A program made the translations under genes and the position numbers. From Bradymonadia bacterium (GTDB lineage Bacteria > Myxococcota_A > Bradymonadia > UBA7976 > UBA1532), in NCBI GenBank assembly GCA_046290225.1, contig JBKAGE010000001.1:32001-96000 (forward strand): a stretch of DNA of 64,000 bases. Direction: 5' to 3'. How positions within the stretch are numbered: the stretch's first letter is position 1; each line of letters starts with the position of its first letter. This document shows, piece after piece, positions 46,593-56,133 of the stretch. The notes below the pieces were generated by a model. The model was not told the origin of the DNA, did no database searches, and saw nothing but the letters and a program-made list of their open reading frames with translations.

Positions 46593-48302
46593 TCACTCTT
46601 CGGGGCGGTCGCTCCCGGCGAAGATGAACTCCTGGACCCGCGGATCGGGATGATCCTGCAGTGCCTCTGGCGTGCCCACCGCCACCAGGTGCCCTTTGTA
46701 GATCATCGAGATCTGATCGGCGATGCGGAACGTCGAGGGCATGTCGTGGCTGATAACGATCGAGGTGATGTTGAAGGTCTCTGCCGCCTCCACGATCATG
46801 TCGTCCACCCGCTTCATCATGATCGGATCCTGCCCGGTGGTGGGCTCGTCGTAGATCATGATCTCGGGCTTGGTCACGATGGCCCGGGCGAGGCCCACGC
46901 GCTTGCGCTCACCATTGCTCACCGCCGCGGGGTAGCGGTCGAGGATGTCTTTGACCTTGAGCTGCTCGGCCACTTCTTCCACGCGCTCTTTGACGGCCTT
47001 CTTCTTCCAGCGCAGACGCTCGGCGAGGGGGAAGCCGATGTTGTCTCTGACAGTCATCGAGTCGAAGAGGGCAGCGCTCTGGAACAACAGCCCGATGCGC
47101 GCCTGCACCTTCTGCATCTCCTGGCCGCTCAGCCCATTGAGGCGCTGACCGAAGACATCCACGGTGCCTGCCGTGGGCTGGAACAGCCCGATGATGTGCT
47201 TGATGAGCACAGATTTACCCGAGCCCGATCCACCGATGACCACGGAGATCTTCTGCTTGGGAAACTCGAGGGTGATCCCCTTGAGCACCTTGTTGGTGCC
47301 AAAGCTCTTGTGCAGGCCTTCCACCACCACGACGGGCTCGCCGCCAATGCTCCTGGGCACAGGCACGATGGGCCCACCCTCGAGATCGGGCACCACATCG
47401 ACGGTGCTGATGTCTTCCGAGACCGACGAGGCGTCGGGCAGGCCCTCGATGCGCTCGACCTCGGGCGCCTCATCTGTGTGGGCAGCCTCACCACGGGTCA
47501 AACGCTCGGTGGAGATGTTCGCCATGAAGGCCTTCACCGCGGGCAGATCACTCGACGCCACCTCGTCGAAGGTGCCCTCGGTGATGATCTTGCCCCCTGA
47601 CAACATGGCCATCTGATCGGCGAGTCGCTGGTTCGACGCCATGTCGTGGCTGATGATGACCGAGGTGATCTTGTACTCGCGCTGGGTACGGATGATCAGG
47701 TTGTCGACGAACTCGATCATCACCGGATCGAGGCCCGTCGTGGGCTCATCGAAGAGCACCACCTCGGGGTTGGTGATGACGGCCCGGGCGAGGCTGACGC
47801 GCTTCTTCATGCCCCCGGACAACTCGCTGGGCATGCGGTGCCGGGCGTGGGGCAGCTCGAGCATCTCGAGCAAATCGTCCACGAGCTTGGCGATCTCCGG
47901 GGCCTTCATGCGCGTGTTCTCCCGCAGCGGGAACGCGATGTTGGCGAAGACGTCCATGGAGTCGATGAGGGCGTAGCTCTGGAACACCATGGTGCAGCGC
48001 TTGCGCAGCTCGGTGCGGGCGGTCTCGCTGGACCGGGCGAGATCTTCCCCGAAGAGGCGCACCTTGCCGCTGTCGGGGATCACCAGACCGTTCATCATGC
48101 GCAACAAGACCGACTTGCCTGACCCGGACTCGCCGACGATGACCGTGGTCTTGCCAGTGCCGATCTTGAGGTTGAGGCCATCGATGATGGTCTCGCCGTC
48201 ATAGCGCTTGGTGACGTTCTCGAGCTCGATGACGGGCTCGCTGTCGGGCCACCGCGTGATGTCGGGCAGCAGCAGGTTCTTACGGGTGGTGGGGCTGTTC
48301 AC
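46593..48302 (-). CDS. ABC ATPase with two tandem MlaF/Mkl/Ttg2A-like nucleotide-binding domains
   Basis: NBD1: GESGSGKS, FQSYAL, LSGGMKKRVSLARA, FDEPTTGLDP, SHD. NBD2: GGSGSGKS, FQSAALFDSM, VSNGERKRVGLARA, YDEPTTGQDP, SHD. Start is approximate. Confidence 0.9.
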   Translation of the reverse strand: MNSPTTRKNLLLPDITRWPDSEPVIELENVTKRYDGETIIDGLNLKIGTGKTTVIVGESGSGKSVLLRMMNGLVIPDSGKVRLFGEDLARSSETARTELRKRCTMVFQSYALIDSMDVFANIAFPLRENTRMKAPEIAKLVDDLLEMLELPHARHRMPSELSGGMKKRVSLARAVITNPEVVLFDEPTTGLDPVMIEFVDNLIIRTQREYKITSVIISHDMASNQRLADQMAMLSGGKIITEGTFDEVASSDLPAVKAFMANISTERLTRGEAAHTDEAPEVERIEGLPDASSVSEDISTVDVVPDLEGGPIVPVPRSIGGEPVVVVEGLHKSFGTNKVLKGITLEFPKQKISVVIGGSGSGKSVLIKHIIGLFQPTAGTVDVFGQRLNGLSGQEMQKVQARIGLLFQSAALFDSMTVRDNIGFPLAERLRWKKKAVKERVEEVAEQLKVKDILDRYPAAVSNGERKRVGLARAIVTKPEIMIYDEPTTGQDPIMMKRVDDMIVEAAETFNITSIVISHDMPSTFRIADQISMIYKGHLVAVGTPEALQDHPDPRVQEFIFAGSDRPEE

Positions 48303-48342
48303 GGGGTGAGGATGGCGATGGTCTCGAGCGGATGCAAGGCCA

Positions 48343-48684
48343 TCAACGGGGCCGGGTATACGTCCGCTTCCGTTTCTTCTTGGGCAGGCGCACCGGCAGG
48401 GCCTCGACGACGACGTCACCGTGGACCTCGGACTGGCAGGCCAGACGCTCCTGGGTGAGATGGAAGATGTTCCCCAGCTGGCGCTTCTCAAGGGCATTGG
48501 GCGACGAGAGGTGCGCCATGCCTTCGAGGACCTTCACCTTGCACTGCACACAGGCGCCGGCACCGTTACAGAGGGTGTGCACCGGCGCCTCGACCTTGTG
48601 GGCCAGGCGCAACAATGTGTCGCCGTCTTCCGCCTCGACGGTCCAGCGCTCTTCTTCTTTGACGAATACGACGGTGTGGCTCAC
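48343..48684 (-). CDS. 2Fe-2S ferredoxin
   Basis: CNGAGACVQC...RLACQ cysteine pattern. Confidence 0.9.
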   Translation of the reverse strand: MSHTVVFVKEEERWTVEAEDGDTLLRLAHKVEAPVHTLCNGAGACVQCKVKVLEGMAHLSSPNALEKRQLGNIFHLTQERLACQSEVHGDVVVEALPVRLPKKKRKRTYTRPR

Positions 48685-48777
48685 GGCAGGCCCTGAGATC
48701 GATCACATGCAGAGGTTCAGATGCCCAAGTACCACATTTGGCCGCGTCGAACCTGAAGCTGATGTTCAGAGGCCCTC

Positions 48778-49572
48778 TCAGCCACCCGCGACGGCAGGCT
48801 GGCGGCTGGCTGCGGTGATGGGTGTGATGCGCCCCGCCACGGGGTGGTAGAGCGTGTCGGTGTAGATGCCGTGCACGGCATCGCGCAGGGCCTCGGCCCG
48901 GCTCTTGTCGTCGCCTTCTTCCGGCGCCCACACGGGGGGCAACACGGTGACGGTGATGTCTTCTCGGGCATGGGCCTCGGAGATCTCCAGACGCCCCTTG
49001 GCCATCAACCCGCCCGTCCCTCGAATCACCAGAGGCAGGATGGGCTTGTTCTCCGTCACCGCGGTGCGGAAGGCGCCGATACGGAAATCCTTGATCTGCC
49101 CGTCAGGGCTGCGCGTGCCTTCGGGGAAGATCAGCACGTCGGCGCCCTCTTCGAAGACCTCGTGGATCAAGTGTGGCAGCTGACGGTTCTCGGCTTTGGC
49201 CTTCTCACCCCGGGCCACGGGGATGTGCCCTGCCGCCGTGAGGTGCCACCCGAGGAAGGGCACCTTGAACACCCCTTCTTTGGCCATCCAGCGGTAGTCC
49301 CGCTTGACCACCGCCCCGAGCACCAGGATGTCGAGCAGGCTCAGGTGATTGCTCACCAGGACCGCCTGTGGTGCGCTGTCGAGCAGCTCGCCGTTGACGA
49401 GGCGCGGCTTGAGACCGACCCCCTTGCAGGCCAGCTTGCACCATTGGTGCATGCACCACTGAGAGACCTGGTTCTCCCGGGTCACCAGCGCCCCCATGAT
49501 GGAGACCGTACCAAAGCCCACTGCGGGCAAGGCCACCCAGCCCCAGTCTTTGGCCGCCTGGAGATAATTCAT
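48778..49572 (-). CDS. plsC: 1-acyl-sn-glycerol-3-phosphate acyltransferase family protein
   Basis: NHLSLLD (HX4D) and FPEGTRS motifs. Confidence 0.88.
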   Translation of the reverse strand: MNYLQAAKDWGWVALPAVGFGTVSIMGALVTRENQVSQWCMHQWCKLACKGVGLKPRLVNGELLDSAPQAVLVSNHLSLLDILVLGAVVKRDYRWMAKEGVFKVPFLGWHLTAAGHIPVARGEKAKAENRQLPHLIHEVFEEGADVLIFPEGTRSPDGQIKDFRIGAFRTAVTENKPILPLVIRGTGGLMAKGRLEISEAHAREDITVTVLPPVWAPEEGDDKSRAEALRDAVHGIYTDTLYHPVAGRITPITAASRQPAVAGG

Positions 49573-49621
49573 GCTCGCCTCGTGTCGAATCCGTGTCGAA
49601 ATCTAGAATCTGCAGGGTTTA

Positions 49622-49780
49622 GAGGTCCTAACACAACGGCGGACCGAGTCAGGAGGGTGAGGCGCGAGTGAGGCAGTCGAAAGAACCGCAGGCGGGCCCA
49701 AAGGCCCGTCGAGGACGCTTTCGGCTGCATCGCGAAGTGCATCACCCTCCTGGCGACGGGAGCTGTTTTGTTAGGAACTC
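49622..49780. mobile_element. 159-bp MITE, possibly IS5-family derived, with a TTA target-site duplication
   Basis: TIRs GAGGTCCTAACACAAC / GTTTTGTTAGGAACTC match at 14 of 16 positions. TTA lies at 49619-49621 and 49781-49783. The interior folds into a long rod. Confidence 0.75.
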
Positions 49781-49788
49781 TTAGATGC

Positions 49789-49818
49789 CGCCAGTGCGCA
49801 CATTGTTACACACTGGCG
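49789..49818 (-). terminator. Stem-loop downstream of the TonB-dependent receptor gene (possible terminator or stabilising hairpin)
   Basis: CGCCAGTG...CACTGGCG perfect 8-bp stem, extendable with G-U pairs on the minus strand; no clear U-tract. Confidence 0.35.
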
Positions 49819-49903
49819 AACACTCTGCGTCAAGACGTCAACTGTGGTGCAACACTTGAGTGTTCGGGCAGATGCCCACCTCGACACATCTCAGAGAGGT
49901 CTC

Positions 49904-52105
49904 TCAGTAGGGTCCCGGGTGCCACTCGAGCTGCACCATGAAGCCCCGGCCCGGACCGTTCACGGCACTGCCGTGGGTACGATAGGGCTGATCGGTGACG
50001 TTCTCGAGCACTGTGGCGAGCATGAAACGCCCAGGCAAGTCCACTCCGGCCCGCAGATCGAAGACCTCGTACCCAGGCGTGCCTCCGAAGGGAATGCGGG
50101 TGTCGCCGGCATCGCCCACGGAGAGTCGATCCTGCACAGTGGCCCACCGCATGGCGCCGCCCGCATAGATCCCCTTCTCCAGACTGCCCCACATCAACTC
50201 GGCGGTGCCGTTGAGGGGGGGGATCCGTGAGCGGGGCACTCGATCTGACCGACCGACGATGGGGTTCTGAGTCTCACCCCAGGCATAGGCGATGGTGGCC
50301 CGGGCGGTGACCCCATAGAACGGGCCCACCTTCGTCACCGCCTCGGCGCCGCGGATGATCGTGTCCCCCTCGACGTTGATGAGCGTGACCGGCACCGATC
50401 TCGACGCCCGACACTCGCGATCAGTCTCCGGGCAGTCCGCGGGTCGGCGCTCCATGAAATCACGGCCCCACATCTGAAACGCGCTGCCGGTGATCATGAA
50501 GCGCTTCTGAGCCCATTTGAGCGCCAGCTCTGCGGTGAGGGTCTTCTCCGCTGCAAGGTTGGGGTTTTCGAGCTGAAAGCCCTGACCCGTCTGCTGACGG
50601 GCGGTGAGATCGTCGAGGTTCGGCGGTCGATAGCCCTGCTCCAGGACCGCGCTCGCCGTGAGCCGCTTCGTCGCTCGCCAGGTCACACCGCCATGGCTCA
50701 CCACCGCCCACCACGTGTTCTCGAGGGGGCGGGTGAGGGTGGCCTCGTCTCCTGGCGCCTTCGCCGTGGCCATGGCGAAACGCACCCCCGTCCGCAGGGT
50801 GAGGTCCTCGGTGATGTCGAGGCGGGGCGAGGCCCATACGCCGCCTTGGGCATAGCGGCTGCCGTCGAGGTAGAGCCCCCGGCTCATCGTCCGGATGACC
50901 TCGAGGCGGGTCAGCTCGGTCCAGGCCGCAGACTGCACGGTCTCCCAGGTGCCGTCGGCGCCGTACTCCAGCCGCAGAGATCCGAGGGGGCCCACGGACC
51001 AGCGCTTGCTCTTGATGCGGGCTGTGGCCCCCCAGATGTTGAGGGCATCCCGGCTGCCATTCTTGACCCCGATGGTGTCGGAGCGATCGCGCTCACGCTT
51101 CTCGTGCTGACGCTGGAACCCGCCAGAGAGCATGATCGTGTAGGCCAGCTCAGCTCGGGGCATCAAATCGGCCCGACTGTAGAGATGGGTTCGAAACTGC
51201 TCGGTGAAGACGAGGCAATCGTTGAGCGGCGCCTCTGGTGGCGGACACTGATCGGTCCGAGGCGAGTCGAACTGCCGATACACATAAGCCGCCACGGTGA
51301 TGCGATCATCGGCGTTGAGCCGGTGCACCAGACGGGCATCGGCGGTGAACTCCCGAAAGCCAGTGCCCAGCATGGTCCGACCATCTTCGGCGAAGGTGGG
51401 CACCTCTTTTTCGAAGAGCGGCACCCCCACCTCTTCTTCGGTGAGCAGCAACGGGAGGGGCCCGGAAGATTCGAGCCGGCCCGCCTCTCGGTAGCCCATG
51501 CCCACGAGCAATCCTGTGCGACGCCCGAACTGGGTGTCCAACTCGAGTCGCCCTCCGGCCTCGCGATCGGCAGTGGCGTGCCGCGCGAAGACCGCCGGGC
51601 GAAAGGTCACCCCATCGGCAAAGGGATCGATGAGCGGATCACGCGGCTTCACCATCACCGCGCCGCCGAGGGCGTCTGCGCCGAGGATCACCCCGGCGCT
51701 CCCTCTGACCACCTCGATGCGATCGACGGTACGGCTGTCCACGGTGAACAGGTACTGGTTGGGGCCCTGACGGAAGAGGGCGTTGTTGATGCGCATGCCG
51801 TCGAAGACGAGCAGTACCTGCTGACCCGTGAGTCCTCTCACGTAGGGTGAGGCCTGACCGTGACCTGTCTGCTGAATGTAGACACCGGGTGTGTACTTGA
51901 GCGCGTCAGGCGTAGACCGGGCCTGCCGACGGGCCACCTCACGGGCGGTGATGATCTCGGTGGACCGCCCCTCAAGGGTCTCGTCGCGGGCTCTCAGCCC
52001 CTCGACGAGGATCTCTTTCTCTTCTGATTCAGGGGTGTTGTCGGCCACGCTCACCGGAGTGGCCATCAACCACATCAAACTCAGTACGGCAGGTGGGGTG
52101 AACAT
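49904..52105 (-). CDS. TonB-dependent outer-membrane receptor
   Basis: Signal peptide; TonB-box-like EILVEG; plug motifs PGVYIQQTG...SPYVRG...DGMRINN...RIEVVRG...DALGG; NPNLAAE; ENVTDQPY and GPGR. Confidence 0.93.
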   Translation of the reverse strand: MFTPPAVLSLMWLMATPVSVADNTPESEEKEILVEGLRARDETLEGRSTEIITAREVARRQARSTPDALKYTPGVYIQQTGHGQASPYVRGLTGQQVLLVFDGMRINNALFRQGPNQYLFTVDSRTVDRIEVVRGSAGVILGADALGGAVMVKPRDPLIDPFADGVTFRPAVFARHATADREAGGRLELDTQFGRRTGLLVGMGYREAGRLESSGPLPLLLTEEEVGVPLFEKEVPTFAEDGRTMLGTGFREFTADARLVHRLNADDRITVAAYVYRQFDSPRTDQCPPPEAPLNDCLVFTEQFRTHLYSRADLMPRAELAYTIMLSGGFQRQHEKRERDRSDTIGVKNGSRDALNIWGATARIKSKRWSVGPLGSLRLEYGADGTWETVQSAAWTELTRLEVIRTMSRGLYLDGSRYAQGGVWASPRLDITEDLTLRTGVRFAMATAKAPGDEATLTRPLENTWWAVVSHGGVTWRATKRLTASAVLEQGYRPPNLDDLTARQQTGQGFQLENPNLAAEKTLTAELALKWAQKRFMITGSAFQMWGRDFMERRPADCPETDRECRASRSVPVTLINVEGDTIIRGAEAVTKVGPFYGVTARATIAYAWGETQNPIVGRSDRVPRSRIPPLNGTAELMWGSLEKGIYAGGAMRWATVQDRLSVGDAGDTRIPFGGTPGYEVFDLRAGVDLPGRFMLATVLENVTDQPYRTHGSAVNGPGRGFMVQLEWHPGPY

Positions 52106-52300
52106 CGTTCGGTATGCTCTCACATAGAAAATATCAGCCGTATGCGTAGACCTACGAAACCCGCAGGGCATGCCGGTTCTGGCAGATAACACTTTGTCGT
52201 CGATTGGGTATTGACGCGTGAGCCTCGATGCACAATAAGACCGCCCACGGCCACACAGTGGCCTGAGTTTCCGACCTGACATTCTCGTTGGAGGAGAGGC

Positions 52301-52576
52301 ATGAAGCCTGAGCTGGGTTCGAAGCACACCTGTGGTGAATGCGGAGCCAAGTACTATGACTTCAACAAGGCAGATCCGGTCTGCCCGAAGTGTGGTGCGC
52401 CTGCACCGGCACCAGAGCCGGTGAAGATCAAATCGAGCAAGAAGTCCAGCCGCAAGGCTCCGCCGAAGGTGGTCAAGGATCCCGAGGCTGAAGAAGAGTT
52501 CGAGGGCGACGACATCGACCTCGGCGACGACATCGGCGACGACGACATCAACGACGACGACATCGATCTGGGTTGA
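52301..52576 (+). CDS. TIGR02300 / FYDLN-acid domain zinc-ribbon protein
   Basis: KPELGSKHTCGECGAKYYDFNKADPVCPKCG followed by an Asp/Glu-rich tail; GGAGAGG RBS. Confidence 0.9.
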   Translation: MKPELGSKHTCGECGAKYYDFNKADPVCPKCGAPAPAPEPVKIKSSKKSSRKAPPKVVKDPEAEEEFEGDDIDLGDDIGDDDINDDDIDLG

Positions 52577-52604
52577 CTTCCATCCGCCTGATGGGTGGCA
52601 TCTC

Positions 52605-54440
52605 TCATTTACCCTTCTGTAGACCCTCTCTGAGATAGAGCTGCTCGAGGTTCCAGTGCGTCTTCGGCCGTAAGGGGCTCGGGCGGAAATTGCCCACTCT
52701 ATCTTGAGCGGCGGCGAAGGACGACTCGACGACAAGCATGATCTGCGGCAGCTGATCGCTGAACAGATACATCAGCTCATCGAGGGCTTTCTTGCGCACG
52801 GCGTCGTCCCCCCCAGCGCTCGCCTGCTCGATGAGGGTGTTCATCCGGGCTTCCCAGGGCCGCCTGGGGCTCGACTGCCCCGGATCCCAGAGATGACTGC
52901 CACCACTCGACAAGAAGACGCTCTTGAGCAATGTGGGCTCTGGCGGCACCGAGGCACCCCACCCGAGCAATACCGCCTCGAAGGTTCTTGTCCGGGTCAA
53001 CTTGACCACCAGTTCCTGAAACGGCAGCGGCCGCACATGCATGGTGATGCCCAACCGATCGAGATCGTCTTTGATCAGATTGAGCAGCTGTACCCGGATG
53101 GCGTTCTCGGCGTTGGTGAGGGCGGTGAAGATCACCGGCTGGCCCTCAGGGCTGATGAGCGTCTTCTTGCCTGCCCGCTGCTCGATGGTGAACCCCTCGG
53201 CCTCGAGGAGAGCCCCAGCTCGCTCCAGGTCGTAGGGGTACTCCACCACATCGGCCCCTGACCACCGGGTATTCCCCGGGCTGATGAAGCTGTAGAGCGG
53301 CTCACCCCGATTGTGTAGGGCCACACGCACCATGGAGGCACGATCGATGGCGTGGCTGATGGCTTTGCGGAACCCCTGCCGTTCAAACCACTGCCGGCGC
53401 GTGGGATCGATCCTCGGCACACCATCAGCGTCGGGTCGTGGGTCGAGGTTGAACATGAAGTAATGCGTGTTGAGGGAGGGGCCCAGGGCCTTCACGGTGA
53501 AATTCCGTGTCTTCGACGCCCGCTGGAGCAGCTCGACGAACTCGTTGCGCACATCGTAGAGATCGATCTGCCCCTCGCGAAACAGCATGAAGGCCGAGTT
53601 CGGATCTGGGGTGATGAGATAGGTCACAGTGTCGAGGTACGGCAGCTGCTGACCCTGGGCATCAACCTGCCAATAATGGGGGTTCCTGGTGAGCACCAGG
53701 CGCTCGCTCTCTGTGTATTTATCGAGCATGAAAGGGCCAGAGGTGACGAGTTCTTCGGGCTTCGTCTCCATGCTCATCACCTCATCGAAAGTGCCTGCAT
53801 CTCGTGCGGCAGCCCACCGGGCCTTGGGCACAAAACGCACGGAGCTGGCGAGCAGTTCGAACTTGGGCACGGGTTGGGTCAGGATGTACTTGAACCGCCG
53901 CCCGTCGATCTTCTCGATCTGCACGTACCGCGGCTGGCCGTCATCGCCCTGCCCCTGATGGAACGCCGACTTGAGGGGGCTGGCCACCCTGGGGTCGAGG
54001 GCCAGCTCATGGCTGAAGACCGCATCATCAGCGGTGATGGGGGTACCATCTGACCACTTCGCCCCCGCTCGCAGCGTGAAGGTGTACGTCAGCCCGTCCT
54101 CGCTCAGCTCGAAGGACTCGCACAACGCCGGCATGCCCTCCTGCTTGCTGTAGTCGAAGGCCCAGCACGGGGCGAAGAGGGCGAACTGCACCACCTCGCC
54201 CGAGTGAGCGTCACGGATCTTCAAGGGGTTGAGGGTGGAGGGGGCAGAGGTGAGGCTCAGCACGAGATCCCCACCAGACTTGCCGACTTCACCGCCTCCA
54301 GGGGCGCTGCCACCCTTGGGCAGAGCGGGCTTTGGCGCAGTGCTCGGCGCAGAAGGCTCTGGTGGGCTCTTGCTGCACCCCCACGGCAGGCAGATGGCCA
54401 ACATCATGGCACTGTAGATGGAGTGAGCTCCCCCGGCCAT
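52605..54440 (-). CDS. ABC transporter substrate-binding lipoprotein, family 5 (peptide/nickel)
   Basis: Lipobox PWGC; GGDLV...PSTLNP, DGLTYTFTLR...WSDGTPITADD, SGPF, RNPHYW, LPYLD and FRKAISHAIDR. Confidence 0.92.
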   Translation of the reverse strand: MAGGAHSIYSAMMLAICLPWGCSKSPPEPSAPSTAPKPALPKGGSAPGGGEVGKSGGDLVLSLTSAPSTLNPLKIRDAHSGEVVQFALFAPCWAFDYSKQEGMPALCESFELSEDGLTYTFTLRAGAKWSDGTPITADDAVFSHELALDPRVASPLKSAFHQGQGDDGQPRYVQIEKIDGRRFKYILTQPVPKFELLASSVRFVPKARWAAARDAGTFDEVMSMETKPEELVTSGPFMLDKYTESERLVLTRNPHYWQVDAQGQQLPYLDTVTYLITPDPNSAFMLFREGQIDLYDVRNEFVELLQRASKTRNFTVKALGPSLNTHYFMFNLDPRPDADGVPRIDPTRRQWFERQGFRKAISHAIDRASMVRVALHNRGEPLYSFISPGNTRWSGADVVEYPYDLERAGALLEAEGFTIEQRAGKKTLISPEGQPVIFTALTNAENAIRVQLLNLIKDDLDRLGITMHVRPLPFQELVVKLTRTRTFEAVLLGWGASVPPEPTLLKSVFLSSGGSHLWDPGQSSPRRPWEARMNTLIEQASAGGDDAVRKKALDELMYLFSDQLPQIMLVVESSFAAAQDRVGNFRPSPLRPKTHWNLEQLYLREGLQKGK

Positions 54441-54568
54441 CGCGTATCCTCCCCGACCACGATTGCACATCGGGATTGATTACCACGGCTCTGGACCTCG
54501 CACGCAACACCAACACTCATCACGAACCACACCAGCGCTGTGGTGAGGCTCATCGTAGGGCAATCACC

Positions 54569-55243
54569 CTACCCGCAATGCGCCTCGGGACACTCTGCCA
54601 GGGCGCCGGCGATGTAGGCCCCAAGTCGGGCGGCGGTGTCGACGTCTTCAATGGCGCGATCGCCAAAGCGCTCGCCAGGGATCTCGCGCCACATGAACTT
54701 GTCCTCGGCGCTGCACCCCTTCCAGAGAGAGAAGCCCACCCGCTCCGGGCTCGATGAGCGCCACACATCGACGTAAATGTGCCGGCCCTCGCAATGTGTG
54801 TGGGCCGCCGGGCTGGCAAGCTCGGGGGAGAAGAACTTCTCAGGGCTCAACGACGTAAAGCTGGGGGCGCCCTCCACCATCAGCTCTGCGGCGACAGGCT
54901 GCTCCATGGCGGCGACGAGGCCGTCGGCGAGGGCCTCGAGCCAGAGGGTGCGAGTGTCCTGGTCCTTCACTTTGAGGCCCACGTCTTTGAACGAGATGAC
55001 GTCGGCCCAATAGGGCCCTTGCACCCGCACGGCGAAGGGTGAGTACACCGGGGTAAAGCGCTTGGTGGCACTCTTCATCTCCGCCTTGGCGGTCGGTGCC
55101 ATGGGTGGCGGCGCTGAAGCCCCTGTGGGGGTTTTCTTGCTGCAGCCCGAGAAGGCGAGGCAGGCCACGGCGAAGGCGCTCAGAGAGAGGCAGGCGGCCC
55201 GGCGCAGGGGGCGCCGAGGGTTGCGGTGTCGGGGGTCTGCCAT
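54569..55243 (-). CDS. Hypothetical lipoprotein
   Basis: Lipobox FSGC; GGAG RBS; divergent from the Zorya-like operon. Confidence 0.7.
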   Translation of the reverse strand: MADPRHRNPRRPLRRAACLSLSAFAVACLAFSGCSKKTPTGASAPPPMAPTAKAEMKSATKRFTPVYSPFAVRVQGPYWADVISFKDVGLKVKDQDTRTLWLEALADGLVAAMEQPVAAELMVEGAPSFTSLSPEKFFSPELASPAAHTHCEGRHIYVDVWRSSSPERVGFSLWKGCSAEDKFMWREIPGERFGDRAIEDVDTAARLGAYIAGALAECPEAHCG

Positions 55244-55290
55244 TAAAACTCTCCGTTTCGTTGAGCCTTTGCCCAGAGGAGGCGACGCCG

Positions 55291-56133
55291 TTGACGCCGG
55301 CCGATGCTGTAGATCTCAAGGCCCTCGTGCAGAGCCTGCTCGGCCCCGACGAGGGAGAGCAGGCGTTGCCATCGGGGCGCGCAGGCGCCGGCCTGGCTTC
55401 GATGCTCGATCCCGCAGGGGGGGTGCAGCTCGCCGAGGCCTTGAGCCATCCGCCCCTGCCCCTCGCGACCAGCGCCATCAGCGCGTATGCACCGGACACC
55501 GCTCAGGTGGAGCGGCAGATTCGCCGGGGGCTCGACGCCCTCGAGCGCCGGCTGCGCCGCACCTTCGACGACGCGTTCAAGGCGCGCTATCGGTTGCCTG
55601 GGCCCAGCAGATGCCTCGACCTGCTGCAGGAATCCGGGGCCCTGAGCGAGCGCAACGCCAAGGGGAAGCCCCTCGCCAAGGCCCTGAAGAAAGCCTGCCG
55701 CACCCTGTGGGCCCCCTTTGGGGCCTTCATCGAGACTCAGTATAAACGGGCGCGCTTCGACTTGCGTCAGCTCAGGGACGATCTCGGGGCCGCTCTCAGG
55801 GCCCGCGGCGGCGACGCCGCCCGCCTCGAGCACCTCGACGGGTTGCTCCGAGAGGCCATACGGGTGGAGGGGGAGCGCCGTTACCGTCGTCTGCTCCATG
55901 CCCTCGAGCAACGCTTCGCCACACAAATCGAAGCCCTCGCCACCGAGCTGACCGCCCAGGCCACCGTACACGATCTCGAGCCCGCCTTCGGCGACGACGG
56001 CCCCTTTGCGGAGCTGGTGCGTCTGGGGCGCTCGGTGGTGTTTTCGGTGATGCAACATGAGCGGGCCTTGTTGGAGGGCCTGATGAACGTCGTGACACCT
56101 GCATACGATCAACGACGCGAGGGGATCCATTGA
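55291..56133 (+). CDS. zorF: DUF3348-like protein (ZorF-like, Zorya type III)
   Basis: TTG start 8 nt after GAGGAGG. LASMLDPAGGVQLAEAL, LRARGGDAARLEHLDGLL and LLEGL resemble DUF3348 as recalled. First of four tightly coupled genes. Confidence 0.6.
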   Translation: MTPADAVDLKALVQSLLGPDEGEQALPSGRAGAGLASMLDPAGGVQLAEALSHPPLPLATSAISAYAPDTAQVERQIRRGLDALERRLRRTFDDAFKARYRLPGPSRCLDLLQESGALSERNAKGKPLAKALKKACRTLWAPFGAFIETQYKRARFDLRQLRDDLGAALRARGGDAARLEHLDGLLREAIRVEGERRYRRLLHALEQRFATQIEALATELTAQATVHDLEPAFGDDGPFAELVRLGRSVVFSVMQHERALLEGLMNVVTPAYDQRREGIH

